From assembly GCA_963662465.1 (NCBI GenBank), contig OY759599.1:928001-992000 (forward strand): 64,000 nt of DNA, read 5' to 3'. Numbering within the stretch: position 1 is the first letter of the stretch; every line of letters begins with the position of its first letter. A model generated the notes under the pieces. The model did no database searches, had not been told where the DNA came from, and worked only from the letters and a program-made list of their open reading frames with translations. A program made the position numbers and the translations under genes. Positions 47,038 through 59,600 of the stretch are shown here, piece by piece. This stretch comes from Desulfatiglandales bacterium. Lineage in GTDB: Bacteria > Desulfobacterota > DSM-4660 > Desulfatiglandales > Desulfatiglandaceae.

Positions 47038-47988
47038 CTATATGGCTGGGTTTAACAGAATCTGTACCTCGACGGTTTCTTCTCCGGTTTTTATTTCAAA
47101 AAAGTTGCTTTCGCCATAAAATCCAGATGGCGGTTGTTCGTGTACCGAGTTGTGTTTAAACTGATAAATGCCAGGCACAAGGGACATAAACCCTCCTGAG
47201 AGATCACGGAGTTTTAATTCTTGTCTCTCTTTCTCGACATACTTGTACTGACTGCTTGCGTCGTCCGGCCAGCGTTTGACAACAACTCCTTTATCCTGCT
47301 TTTGACGTTCATAACGGATAAGGACAACGGATCCAACATGGTCAAACGGCATGACCGACTGATGGGAGACATTGAAAAAGATCGGCTTAACCAGACATCG
47401 GCTTTCTGTGACTTTCTCAACTCCTGCCCCTGTATAATCAAACTCAGCCAGTTCCTGCCAGGGGGCCGGGCTGTGATCTCTTGTTACCGCCCGGGTTTTG
47501 ATGACATAGCGACCGGGATTCCAATCCCGCGGGGCAATCCAAACGCTGATGCCCAGGTTCCCCCCTATTACTCCGGCAGCGCTTTGCTTTAGAAGTATAC
47601 CATAGGGGGATGCCTGGTTCCACTGGACGTTGAAACCGGCACTGGCGACGTTTTTGATGGACCGGTCGTCGCTCGCAGGGTCGACAATCACACCGAACGT
47701 ATCAGGAGGGATTGGATTGCAACGGGCGCTGCGGTTTTGCAGCACACCGAATACAGGTTTCCCGTGTGCGTCGAGGATCAGCAGTTCGATCCGGGCGAGC
47801 GGCCCTAAGGCATCGATGCTGGGGACCACCCATTCGATGACGATTGCGGCGGCATTCGGTTCATAGTTGGCGCGGACAAATTGCATTCCGGCGAGCGGTG
47901 GGGCCTTACGAGCTGCCATGGCGTGGGTCGAACTGGCTAGGCTAAGAAGTAGGACTGTTGTCAGAAAACAACGGATTTTGGTGCTCAT
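47038..47988 (-). CDS. Exported hypothetical protein
   Basis: Signal peptide MSTKIRCFLTTVLLLSLASSTHA; ATGA overlap with the upstream gene. Confidence 0.7.
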   Translation of the reverse strand: MSTKIRCFLTTVLLLSLASSTHAMAARKAPPLAGMQFVRANYEPNAAAIVIEWVVPSIDALGPLARIELLILDAHGKPVFGVLQNRSARCNPIPPDTFGVIVDPASDDRSIKNVASAGFNVQWNQASPYGILLKQSAAGVIGGNLGISVWIAPRDWNPGRYVIKTRAVTRDHSPAPWQELAEFDYTGAGVEKVTESRCLVKPIFFNVSHQSVMPFDHVGSVVLIRYERQKQDKGVVVKRWPDDASSQYKYVEKERQELKLRDLSGGFMSLVPGIYQFKHNSVHEQPPSGFYGESNFFEIKTGEETVEVQILLNPAI

Positions 47989-49139
47989 AAATAGGATAGC
48001 CATTCTTTGGACGCGATGGCAATACTCGTCTTTAACTTCTCGGGCGCGTGTTCCATCAGCGCCGCGATGATCTCTTTTTTGGTAGACTTATAAGGAGGCT
48101 CCATGACGTGCAGCGCAGTGGTCCCGGCATCGATCTTGAGCAGCTTCATTACTCGCTTGGGCGTCCATATGCCGCCCAACCTGCGTGGGGAGAAGACTTG
48201 AGACACTCGGAAGCCCTCCACATCGGACCAGTCCACAGTGGTCAGACCAAACAAATCCTTGAGCCCGATCGTTTCACTGGTGATCACTAGGATCTGAAGA
48301 GACATCGCAGTGGTGACGAACGCCAGCACCGGATTCGCGAGTACCATCATGAAAAACCCCATGCCCCGTGTCAAAGTTTCGTTCCAGTCCGGCGTTGTGT
48401 GGAATACCTGAGCAAAGATCGTATCCAGGAGCCACAGGGCGAACACGACCTGTACGACGATGATAATGACATCCCAGATCAAAATGGCGCTTCTTTTGCC
48501 GATGTAGATGCCCGCGCTAGAGGGACGCGCGTAACATCCCTTCAGAAAGAAAAGGCCCAGTAATAGGAAGAGACCTCCGACAATTCTGCCCCCGGTCCTG
48601 AGATGCTTCACTTCCATGGGGACGATGGTGGGGACCGTCTCGACCCACCCCTTGCAAACATACCTTCCGAACTGGAATGAGCCATCCTTGATTCCGAAAG
48701 CCTTCCGGAAGGCATCCCATTCTTCAGGCGGAACCGCGTCTTGAGAGATGGGACGATGATAGTTGTGGCGCCCGTTGGCGTACATGCGCCGCATCGCGCT
48801 GACTTCCGATTTGAGCGCGGGATAGCGGGCCAGATCTTCAGCCCGTATTCGGGGATAGCCGTATGAATTCATGACCGCGTCCGCACGGGCTTCAGCCAAG
48901 GCCATTTGCTCTTGCTGTCTTTTCAGTTGCCGCCACGCGTCTTCCTGGGTCTTCGGCTTAGGCAGAGGCGGATCCGAAACGCCGGGATGTTCGGGGACTG
49001 CCAGAACCTCAAGGATATCCAGAAAGAGAACGGCCTTTCCGCCTTGCCCCAAGCGATGGGTGCTAATCGGGACGAAGATCAGCACCAACCCGGCCGGAAG
49101 CAGAAGGTACGCCATCCATCGTTTCAGCACCACCAACAT
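47985..49139 (-). CDS. Hypothetical membrane protein, possibly with a C-terminal bacterial PH-like domain
   Basis: About 4 TM segments; ITSETIGLKDLFGLTTVDWSDVEGF resembles a PH-like motif. Confidence 0.65.
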   Translation of the reverse strand: MLVVLKRWMAYLLLPAGLVLIFVPISTHRLGQGGKAVLFLDILEVLAVPEHPGVSDPPLPKPKTQEDAWRQLKRQQEQMALAEARADAVMNSYGYPRIRAEDLARYPALKSEVSAMRRMYANGRHNYHRPISQDAVPPEEWDAFRKAFGIKDGSFQFGRYVCKGWVETVPTIVPMEVKHLRTGGRIVGGLFLLLGLFFLKGCYARPSSAGIYIGKRSAILIWDVIIIVVQVVFALWLLDTIFAQVFHTTPDWNETLTRGMGFFMMVLANPVLAFVTTAMSLQILVITSETIGLKDLFGLTTVDWSDVEGFRVSQVFSPRRLGGIWTPKRVMKLLKIDAGTTALHVMEPPYKSTKKEIIAALMEHAPEKLKTSIAIASKEWLSYL

Positions 49140-49222
49140 GAGTAACGTCCCCGCAATCCTATTCCCAGTATGGGTATTTTTATCATGTCTCCTTCTGGTC
49201 CAACGCTCATAATCCCTCCATT

Positions 49223-49531
49223 TTACCCCCTTCCAGCTGCCAGCAGAAGTCGAATATTGCGGTAGTTAGCCGGCGTGTTCCACGTTGAAAACCCCAGGAC
49301 TCTCAAGTTTTGCAGCGGGACGGGATCTTGCCAGGTTAGTGTGATATTTTGACCGGGAATTTCGTCTCTTCCAACCATAATAATACCCCGGTCAACGCTG
49401 ACCCAGTAGGTAGCCCATTGTCTAGCGGACACTACGGCCTGGGGATTTTGCTTTACAATCAAACCGTTATGCACCTGACGGGGGGTCTGCCTTCCCTTGC
49501 GGATGATTGTCTGAGTATTGTTGAAGTTGTT
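49223..49531 (-). pseudogene. Fragment of a farnesoic-acid O-methyltransferase-like (Methyltransf_FA) domain
   Basis: NNTQTIIRK..YWVSVDRGIIMVGR..LTWQDPVP..LGFSTW; no convincing start or N-terminus. Confidence 0.55.
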
Positions 49532-49627
49532 TGCACTGGCATGTCGACCACCGCATTTTGGTTTCAAGGAGTACCGGGCAGCAAGTACAGGTTGCATGGC
49601 GCCGGAGGTTTCTTGTTCTTCGTCTCT

Positions 49628-50389
49628 TCAGCGAACGAACTTCCACACCGTATGATAGAGGCCTGTGATAACTGGCGTGTAGTCCGGACTCACGCCGATG
49701 CGAAGTCCTTTGCCACCTCCGGGTAGCAAATGCCACGAGGATCCGTGGTAGAAAAAAACCTGGTTGTCCGTGCCAATCACATAGGGTGCTCCGGCAGGGC
49801 CGGTGCCGATGTCCTTTCCACGGCCACCTCCGGCAAGCTCGGTCCATCCAGAGGGACTTCCACGGAATATCCTGTTGTCCGTACCGATCACGAACGGGGT
49901 TCCATTGTCCGCAACAGTGATGGCCTTTCCTTTGCCTTTCCCGGGATATTCGACCCATTTATTGACGTTGAGATGGTATATGCCATTGTCCATGCCAATG
50001 ATCCAAGGTCGTCCGTTCCCGCCCACGGCTATGTCTTTGCCTCTGCCACCGCCAGGCGCCTCAGCCCAACCCTTCCCGGTTGCGTAGTAGATCCGGGAGT
50101 CCGTGCCGATCACCCAGGGCCTACCGCTGGGTGTCACCGCAATGGCCAGACCTTTGCCTCCTCCGGGGTAAGCCACCCACTTTCCTGCAGAGTAGTGCCA
50201 GATCGTGTTGTCGGCCGCAATGGCCCAGAGCGCAGTGTTGGTCGCGGCAACATCTATGCCAGTTTTAGCCAAGGATTTCCATTGCTGGCGGCCAACCTTT
50301 TCTAGGGATGTCTATTGCTGGGCGGACACCGCGCCTGAAAAGGCCAATCCGAGAATCAGGAAGATCGCCCAAAAAGACAGCTTTCTCAT
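49628..50389 (-). pseudogene. Secreted tectonin-like six-blade beta-propeller with an in-frame TAG at codon 26
   Basis: RBS and signal peptide MRKLSFWAIFLILGLAFSGAVSAQQ*; the frame continues into repeats of GGGxGxxIAVxxxGxPWVIGTDNxIY. Confidence 0.75.
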
Positions 50390-50519
50390 TCTTTTCCTCC
50401 CTCTATTATTTGTATTCAGATGGGCCAACAGTTATTATACGGATCTGTTTATCATTACATCTGTAATGCTATCCAGTGAAAAGCGAACCGTATTGCAATA
50501 CAAATAAATATATACCAAA

Positions 50520-51604
50520 ACCATAGAACGCCGAAAAGGTAAAAAAATTAAGGCGAAAGGCTGTTATCGTGACGCAGTTCGCTCTTCACAAGAAAAAGTG
50601 GTACTTTGCTTTGGACTTAAATGGATATCCATGATGGCGGTTGTTCCCTTACCCTGGTCGCAGCGCCCATGGGCTTTACCGTTTCTCACAGTTCTTACGC
50701 CGTCAAAATCTTACAACAAGGCCCAAAATAAACGACATAAGACTACCGTTGATTGGACCTGCCAGATGATCATACAAGTAAGACGCTGGTTGCCAACTCA
50801 CCCCATGGTTTTAGTTGGAGACGGTGCTTATGCTGCTGTTAAGCTCGTGCTGTGTTGTATGGGTTTTTCTACGCCCGTTAGTTTGGTATCTCGTTTGCGT
50901 CTAGATTCCTCCTTATATGAATTCCCGGCTTCTGCTCAGCCCGGAAAACGGGGACCTAAACCTAAAAAAGGGAAAAAACAATCTTCTTTGTCAGAACGGG
51001 TTAACGATCCGTTAACTAATTGGAATCTCATTACGATTATTTGGTACGACGGCGTCAAACGCACGCTTGAAATATTTTCCGGCATTTCCCTTTGGTATAC
51101 GCCTGGGCAGGATCCTGTTCCTATAAAATGGGTTGTCGTTCGTGACCCAAAAGGAGAACTGCGTACTGAAGCTTTTTTTGCCACAGACCTAAAAGCAACA
51201 GAAAATGAGATCCTCACATGGTTTATCCTCAGATGGAACATTGAAGTCACATTTGAAGAGCTCCGCGCTCATCTTGGTTTTGAAACCCAAAGACAATGGT
51301 CTGACTTTGCCATAGCCCGTACAACACCAGCACTATTCGGCATGTTTTCCGTTGTTGTTCTGGTCGCCTTAGAATTGCTAAAGAGCAAAACCCTGACAAT
51401 CTCGACCTGTGCATGGTACAAAAAATCCGCCGCAACTTTTTCGGATATTATTGCTTTAGTTCGCAGGCATATTTGGCATGCCAGGAATTACACGAATTCA
51501 TCACCTGAGGCTGATTCAACCTATTTCCAAGATGATTTGCTCGAAATACTGCTCGATATAGTATGCTACGCAGCTTGAATCCCAATAGATTGGCCAAAGT
51601 CGAG
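50520..51604 (+). mobile_element. 5'-truncated IS701-like DDE transposase remnant
   Basis: TIERRKGKKIKAKGCYRDAVRSS, WALPFL, LVGDGAYA and RWNIEVTFEELRAHLG; N-terminus absent; the CDS ends at 51578. Confidence 0.8.
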
Positions 51605-51631
51605 ATTAAAGCATTTGTTTAAATTCTTACC

Positions 51632-52123
51632 ATGGCACGGATGGCAAGGGCAGTGGCTCCGGGTTTTCCTCATCACATTACACAAAGGGGGAATAGACGG
51701 CAGCAGACATTTTTCAGCGATCAGGACTTCGAAGCCTATCTGACTTTGATGTCGGAATGGTGCCTGAAATATAAAGTCGAAATATGGGCTTATTGTCTGA
51801 TACCCAATCACATCCACCTGATTGCCGTTCCAGAAACCAAGGATGGATTAAATCTAGCCATTGGGGAAGCCCACAGGCGATATACGAGAATGATCAATTT
51901 CAGGGAAGGTTGGCGCGGTCATTTATGGCAGGGGCGGTTTGCGTCATTTATCATGGAAGAAAGGTATTTATTGGCATGTACCCAGTATTCTGAAATCGAA
52001 TTGTTCAGAAAGTATGAACGGACCGGTCGACCGTTAGGAAAAGCGACTTTTGTAAAACAATTGGAGACTATTTTAGACAGGCGGCTGAGGCCGAAAAAGC
52101 CTGGTCGAAAGAAAAATAGGTAA
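51632..52123 (+). pseudogene. REP-associated/IS200-like HUH tyrosine transposase with an internal deletion
   Basis: HHITQRGN, YCLIPNHIHL and HLWQGRF, then YLLACTQY jumps to the RTGRPLG tail; the NPVRAG..WSS block is missing. Confidence 0.8.
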
Positions 52124-52196
52124 GGTGTCCCCGGATTTGAGGTGCTTTATGCACCGGTTTCCCTCGATACTGTGATTCGCTTGTCATTCGAAAGAG

Positions 52197-53624
52197 GTGT
52201 CGGGAATGATTGAGGGCGCGTCCCGTAGAAACGATCGACTGATCATATTCACGATTTCCCTTGCTGCGTTTATGGGAGCGCTCGATGTAACTATTGTGAA
52301 CATCTCATTGCCCACGCTCGCTCGGAACTTCCAGGTGAGCACGAGTGTTGTTTCCTGGATCATACTGGTTTATCTCCTGGTCCTGTGCGCGTTTCTCCCC
52401 ACCTTTGGACGGTTGGGGGACATGAAAGGATTCCGGAAGATCTTTGTCGCCGGGTTCTGCACTTTCACGACAGGTTCCCTGGGCTGCGGGCTGTCACAGG
52501 GCTTCGCCCAATTGATCCTCTTCCGGGTCATTCAGGCGACTGGGGCGGCCATGCTTTCAGCCATCGGGCCGTCGATGGTCAGCGCTTACCTGCCGGAAAA
52601 GATGCGGGGGCGGGCCCTGGGCTACGTCACCACGGCCGCTTCGCTGGGGATCGCCATCGGCCCCGTGGTGGGAGGGATGATCAACCAGTATTGGAGCTGG
52701 CGGGGAATATTCTTCATCAATATTCCCGTGGGCATCATCGGGGTGTTTTTCGCAATGATCTTCCTTCCCCGAATCGCACCGGCTTCTCTCGGCAAGAAGT
52801 TCGACCTGCCGGGGGCGGCGCTGATCTTCCTGACGCTGTTCGCCTTGCTGTATGCCCTGAACATGGGCCACGAACTCGGTTTTACTTCCGGGCGGATTCT
52901 GGGTTCTTTCGGCGCCGCGGTCGTATTTGGCGGTTTGTTTATCCGGCAGGAAGCGCGCAGTCGAGATCCACTGATAAACCTGACGCTGTTCCGCAATGCC
53001 ACTTTCACGATTGCCAACCTGGCAGGGGGCTTGATGACGGGGGCCTTTACGGGGGCGATTTTCATTTTCCCGTTTTACCTCGAACTGATCAGAGAAATAT
53101 CGGTCTCCGGCTCCGGAATCATCATGATTGTCCCCTCCTTGCTGATGATGCTTTCCGGCCCGAGCGCCGGTCACTTGGCGGATCGTGGCAGCTCCAGGAA
53201 CGTCACCATGATCTCGATCATCTTCATGGTGATCGCTTTTGCGATGTTTTTTCTGCTCGGAAAGGTAGACATTTTCTGGTTTTTGATCCTTTCCCTTGCG
53301 CTCATGGGCGCTGGGATCGGCGCTTTTCTCCCTCCCGCCAGGCGAATGATTCTCGACAGAAGCCCCTCCAACATGGAAGGGATCTCATCGGGCATCATGG
53401 TGACCATAAGGAACTGCGGGTCGGTGCTGGGCGTGGTGATCCTGGAGACGGCCTTTTCAAGCGTTGTGGGCGGAGACCGCGGAAGATTAATTCTTCCCGG
53501 AGAGAATCGGGGTTTACTGTTGAAGGGTTTCGAAGACGCTTTCCTGGCGGGCCTTCTCCTCTCTCTGGCAGCCCTTGCCGTTTTCGCTTTTGTGAGGCGG
53601 GAGTCACGCAGGGCGAACACATAG
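52197..53624 (+). CDS. MFS DHA2-family (EmrB/QacA-like) efflux transporter
   Basis: LDVTIVNISLP, GRLGDMKGFRK, GPVVGG..WRGIFFINIPVG and DPLINLTLF; many TM segments. Confidence 0.92.
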   Translation: MSGMIEGASRRNDRLIIFTISLAAFMGALDVTIVNISLPTLARNFQVSTSVVSWIILVYLLVLCAFLPTFGRLGDMKGFRKIFVAGFCTFTTGSLGCGLSQGFAQLILFRVIQATGAAMLSAIGPSMVSAYLPEKMRGRALGYVTTAASLGIAIGPVVGGMINQYWSWRGIFFINIPVGIIGVFFAMIFLPRIAPASLGKKFDLPGAALIFLTLFALLYALNMGHELGFTSGRILGSFGAAVVFGGLFIRQEARSRDPLINLTLFRNATFTIANLAGGLMTGAFTGAIFIFPFYLELIREISVSGSGIIMIVPSLLMMLSGPSAGHLADRGSSRNVTMISIIFMVIAFAMFFLLGKVDIFWFLILSLALMGAGIGAFLPPARRMILDRSPSNMEGISSGIMVTIRNCGSVLGVVILETAFSSVVGGDRGRLILPGENRGLLLKGFEDAFLAGLLLSLAALAVFAFVRRESRRANT

Positions 53625-53639
53625 GTTCGCCCCTACGCC

Positions 53640-56600
53640 CGCCATTATTTACAAAACGATAAAATATTGTCCGCCAATGCCTCCGTTTCATCAAGAATAT
53701 CAAAATGATGCCGGTTGATCTGCTTGACCTGGAGGTTATCTGCGAATTTGGGGATCGAGCATCATCACAAGGGGTTCATAGATCTCGCACCCGCCGTCAC
53801 CGGGATGAATGAAGACCAGGGTTCCGGCGTTTTCCCTGAATGGGTTGAGGCGCATGATGTCGTGGTTCGCCTTTTTTTCGCATTCTTCGGCAATCCGCAG
53901 CACTGTTTTCAGATTGAATATATGCGACACCCGAAAATCGATTCCCAGGTTTTTCGAAATGAGATGGGCCGCCTCCATGGCCCGTATGGAATCGCCGCCC
54001 ATATGGAAGAAGTTATCGGTTATGCCCACGCGCGAAAGGCCCAGCACCTCCTGCCAGATGCGGCACAGGTTTTCCTGTATATGGTTTTCCGGCGCCCGGT
54101 AAGCATCTTCTCCCGTTGCAGCCGGTTCCGGAAGCGCATGCTTGTCGATCTTGTCTGATGTGGTGAGATTGAATTTCTCCATTTCAACAAAAACGGACGG
54201 CGCCATGTAATCGGGAAGATGCTCCAGAAGATAGGACCTTAACTGATGGACCGTGGTTTCCCCGGTCTTACCCCCCTTGAGGGTGTAATAGGCCGCCAGG
54301 TACTGACGCCCCTCACGCTCTTTACATAAAACGGCGGCCTGTTTCACCGCGTCATGGGACAGGAGCCTGCTTTCGATTTCCTCGAGTTCTATTCTGAACC
54401 CGCGCATCTTGATCTGGTTGTCGTTTCTGCCCACGTAGTCTACGTTTCCATCCGGCAGCCACCGGACAATGTCCCCTGTTTTATAGAGCCGCCGGTTTCT
54501 GGAAAGTCGCTTGTCTTCATTCGCGGCAAAGGGGTTTTCCAGGAATCGCTCCCGGGTCAGGTCCGGGCGGTTTAAATAACCGCGCCCCACGCCGTCTCCG
54601 CCGATGTACAGTTCGCCTTTCATGCCCACGGGGACGGGATTTTTGTCCGGATCCAGCACGTACAATGTGGTGTTGTTCAAGGCTTTACCGATGGGAATGA
54701 GGTCCGCGTCGGTCAGGCGGCAGGCGGTGGCATAGACGGTCGTTTCCGTGGGGCCGTAGGCGTGTATCAGATGTGTATTCACAGAAGATACGAGAAATTC
54801 CCGGACCCGTTCCCGGTTCGCCTTTTCACCGCCAAAGATGACATGGCGCAGTTTGAGAAGGGGATTTCGATCCCCTGTACTTGCCAGGAGGTTGAAAAAC
54901 GAAGTGGTGGCAAAAGCCGTATTCGCGTCATGGTGATCGATGATGCCGGCAAGCGTTCCCAAATCCAGGAATTCATCCTTTTGGGGGAATACGGTACACC
55001 CGCCGTTTAGAAGGACTGAAAAAATATCGAATATGCTGGCATCGAAGGTAAAATTGGAGAAGGAAACGGCCCTGGTATCGGTATTCAAAGGACAATAGTT
55101 GTTGTTAATGGCGTAAGCCGCAACATTTCGGTGTTCGATCATGGCGCCCTTGGGCTGTCCGGTTGATCCGGAGGTATAGATGAGATAGGCCAGATCCCGG
55201 GGTGTATTGATGTGTTCGGGGTTTTCATCAGGGTGTGAGGATGGCGCTTCCCGCGAAAGATCCATTACTTTGATATTGTCCGCTAAAAAGCCTAAGGTTT
55301 TCCGGTGGGATGAAGATACCAGGATGAGGCGGCATCCGCTGTCTTCAATTTTATTCCTAAGCCTGTTTTCCGGTTCTTCCGGGTCCAGGGGAAGGTAGGC
55401 GCCGCCCGATTTCAGGATGCCGTAGATCCCGGTGAGCATTTCAGGTGAACGATGGGTATAAATGCCGATGATCGTGTCGCTTCTTATGCCATCGTTGTTT
55501 ATTCTTTGATATGTTTTTCTGATGGCATGCGCGATCCTGTTGGCCGCACGGTTCAGTTCCGAAAAAGTGAGGGCCTTTTGGGGAAATATGGCGGCGGTTT
55601 TGTCCGGTGTTTTTTGAACCTGTTCCTCAAAGAGTTGAACCAGAGTCTTGTCCCGAGGATACGGCGCATACGTCCGGTTCCAATCAAATACCTGCTTTTC
55701 GTATTCCGCCCGGTCCATCAGCACAATGTCTTTGATCCGGATTTCCGGGTTCGTGGAAATCGTATCCAGAATTCGAACATAATGCCCGCCCATGCGCTTA
55801 ATGGTGCTTTCGTTAAACAGCGCGGCGGCATAGCCCAGGATGAATTTCAGTTTTTCGGCGTCTTCATAAACATAGCCGATCAGATCAAAGGGTTGGGACG
55901 TTATTCCCGGATCCACATGCTCAAAGGTCGCCGGACCCAGTTGCAGCGTCTTTTCGCCGGATTCCCACTGGCCGAACATCACATCAAAGAGCGGGTTTCG
56001 CCCCGGCGCTCTTTCAATCTTGAGGCGTTTTACCATCTCTTCCAGGGGATAGGCGTCATTTGAAAGCGCGGCAATCACCTTCTCCTTAACGGTTTTTAAA
56101 TAGGCCCGCACCGTCATCTGACCGGAAACCATTGTTTTCACCGGCAGTGTGCTGACAAACATGCCGAGGCAGTTCATGACATCCTGGCGGTTCCGTCCCA
56201 AAGAGGGGATCCCCGTAACGATGTCTTCTTCCCGGCTGTATTTGGAAAGCAGGATATGAAACGCCGCCAGCATTATCATGAAAAGTGTGACGTTCTCGGA
56301 TTTTTCCAGTGCCTTGAGCGCGTTTGTGGACGTGGCCTCGATTTCCAGCTGAACGGAGCCCCCGCTGCGATCGGGCAGGGTGCCCCGCTTTTTGTCGTAG
56401 GGAAGCATCAGTTCCGGGAGGGGGCCTGAAAGCGCATGGCGCCAGTATTTTTCCTGGCGCAGGTAATCCGGGGTCTTGGCAAATGCCTGTTCGTAAACCG
56501 CGCAATCCCTTAACCGCACCGGCGGCACTTTTGCGCGCATTCCCGCGAAAACATCGGTAAGCTCCCTGAGGAAGATTTCCACGGACCGGCCGTCGAAAAT

Positions 56601-59600
56601 ACTGTGATGAAAATCAAAGAGCAGACAGGTGGCCCCGCCGTCCGTCCGGTGGTAAACCGCCACGCGCCAAAGCGGCGCTTTATGAAGATCAAAGGGGCGG
56701 CAAAAACGGGTGAGGGCGGATTGCATTTTCTCGGACGGAACATGCTTTTCTTCAATTTCAACTTTAAATTCAGACATTTCGACGATCTTCTGCCGAATGC
56801 CGTTTTCCGTTTCAATGAAATGGGTCCGCAAGGCTTCCTGGGATTGGGCAATTGCCGAAAGCGCCTCTTTGAGCTGGTGGGTATCAAGGTCATGGCCGGT
56901 TTTGTAGATCAGGGTGATATTGTAGGCGGTGCCGGCCCCCTCAATACGATTGACCAGAACCATTCTTCGCTGTGCGTTCAAAACCGGATAATCCGGCATA
57001 TCGGGCGTTTTTTCGATTGTAAGTGCCGCACTCTCGGCGGCGGCGTCGATAAAATCTGCTTGTTCCTTGATGGTTTTGGACTGGAACAGATCTTCGGCGG
57101 TAATGTGTTTCCCCAATTCCGAATTCACTTTGAGCGCCAGCTGAACGACTTTGAGGGAATTTCCCCCCAGGTGGAAGAAGTTGCTGGTGATCCCCGGATT
57201 TTCAACCCCTAAGAGTTCTTCCCAGATTTTAGAGAGTCTCTTCTGGGTATCCGTAAACGGCGCTTCGTAGTCTTCATCGCTTGCGGAAAATGCCGGTTCC
57301 GGCAGCGCTTTTTTGTCAATTTTGCCCGATATGTTGAGGGGCATTTCAGAAAGCGCCACAAAAAAGGAAGGAATCATATAGGCGGGAAGACGTTCCGCCA
57401 GGTATTCATTCAAAACCCCCGCGGCAATCTTTTTTGGCTGATCGCTTTGTACGGGATTGTTTGAATAAACCTCGGAATCTTTTCTTTCGGCATTCATGTG
57501 ATAAACGGCATCTTTTACGGCATCGAGTCCGTTTTGAAAGAAGACCACGTCCAACCCGCACTTGTTGTCAAGCGATAACGACACCAGAATTTGATACCCT
57601 CCGGCATCGGCCATTTCGTATAAATCTTCCAGCGTATGGATATCGGCGCAATCGTCGGTCTATTTTTCATACTCGGACAATATCTTTTGATTGTCCTGGG
57701 ACAAAAAACCGGTGATGCCGCATTCACTGATGACGCGTTTGTTGGGAAAATTGCGAATCGCGATGGTGTCCGTTCCGGCCCCCAGTTTTTCTTCCAGGGT
57801 CATTTGGGGCCCATATTCTTCCCAGGGAAGCGCAATGGGGTTTTGCTTCTTTGAAGGACCCACCTTAAGCATCACATCATAGCGAAACCGGTTCATTTCA
57901 TGGGCGCTCCGCCCTCTTTTGGGCAGGATCTCCACCCGGCGGACGCTCTTGTTTTTGCCCGCAAACGCCATGAAAAACGCCGGTGAGATAAGGAGTTCCT
58001 TGTCATTTTTCATGTTCCGCATGGCCGTTTTGCCGATAGGGGTATTTTCAGGCAGTGGACCTTCCTGGTGTTTAAATACCTGAACCGCCGCGTGAAATTC
58101 GCCCTGCAGCCTGAAATCCCGCACATCTCCGATGAATATGGTTCCCTCCCCGATCCTGCGGCAGGCTTTTTCCAGGACGTCTTCGAGGTAAGGGGCGCCG
58201 GGAAAATATTGAACAACGGAGTTTATGATGACCACGCAGCTGCCGTTTTCATCTATGGCGGTTCGCGGAACTTGATCGATTTCGTGTGCCCGCTTTTTAA
58301 ATAGTACGGCATGCTCCGCGCTTGTTTTTTTCAAACCTTGTTTCAGCTTTTCAATCACCTTGCCCGAAAAATCGATTCCCGTATAGTGATCCACATGGGA
58401 AAGGAGCGGATACATGAGCAGCCCGGTGCCGCAGCCGATCTCGAAAACTATGGAAGGCTCGAGGGAAAGGATCCGCTCCAGGGTCATGTCCCGCCATTCA
58501 CGCATGTCCTCGATCGGGATGGCCCGGCCGGTGAACGAACTGTTCCAGCCGTAAAATTCATCCTGGCGCACTGCGCCCGCAATATCATCATAGGTATCGT
58601 CATAGATGGACTCCCAGGATTGAATAAAGGTATTGTCGGCTTTTTTTCCTTCGCTTTCGTCGGTTTCCCGCGTTGTTTCCCGGACCGTGTAATAGGCAAC
58701 GATCACCTTGTCCTGTTTCTTTTTCCGTACCATGACCGTGCAGGTCTCGATCATGGGATGTGAGGCCAGTTTGTTTTCGATTTCCCCCAGCTCGATCCGG
58801 TATCCCCTGATCTTCACCTGACCGTCATTTTGTCCCATGTACTGGATGTCCCCGTCCGGAAGCCATCGGACCACGTCCCCCGTCTTGTAAATGCGAAGAT
58901 TTTTGCCGTTTTTTTGGTCTTCGGCGGATGCAAAGGGATTTGGCATGAAACGCTCCGCCGTCAGTTCCGGGCGGTTCAGATACCCCCGGGCCAGACCTTC
59001 TCCCCCGATGTACAATTCGCCCGCAATCCCTTCCGGCACGGGCTTCCGGTCCGGATCCAGAACATAAGCGGTGATGTTGTGGACGGGTTTTCCAATATTC
59101 GTATTGAGGTCCCCCTTTTGATAGAAATGCAGGGTGGCGACAACCGTGCTTTCCGTGGGACCGCAGGCATTGACGAAGGCTCTCTGCCGGCGCCGGCGAT
59201 CCATGATTTCGGCAGGGCAGGCATCGCCGCCGGTTTGAAGAATTTTTAGCGCCGGAAGCGCCTTTTCCGGCATGGCTTCGATGATGACCGGCGGCAGCAG
59301 GGTATCCGATATGGCCGTCTTTTCCATGAAATCGGAAAGGGCCGCCGGGTTTTTTCTGATCTCATCGGGCGCGATATATAAGGCGGCGCCGGAGAGAAGC
59401 GCCGGAAATATCTCCCAGACCGATGCATCAAAAGACGTTGAAGCGAACTGCAGGGCATGTGATTGGGGGTTCAGCTTGAAAATGTCTTTCCTGGCAAAAA
59501 TCATATTGACGCAATTTCGATGTTCGATCATCACCCCCTTGGGAAGTCCCGTGGAACCGGAGGTGTAGATGACGTACGCCAGGTCCCGGGGTGTGTTGAC

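Noticed and set aside
45769..50389. Integron cassette array
   Set aside because: I found no integrase and no repeated attC-like sites between the genes, and two of the genes overlap.
52385..53662. 425-aa alternative-frame ORF
   Set aside because: It overlaps the well-supported MFS gene on the same strand and has an Arg/Gly-rich, motif-free shadow composition.
50312..57662. TAG reassignment or pyrrolysine recoding to explain the two in-frame ambers
   Set aside because: TAG clearly terminates mftA, the second tetR, the apc3-like gene and the CoA ligase. There are no pyl genes in the window, and the NRPS has other inactivating lesions. Not fully excluded without the whole genome.
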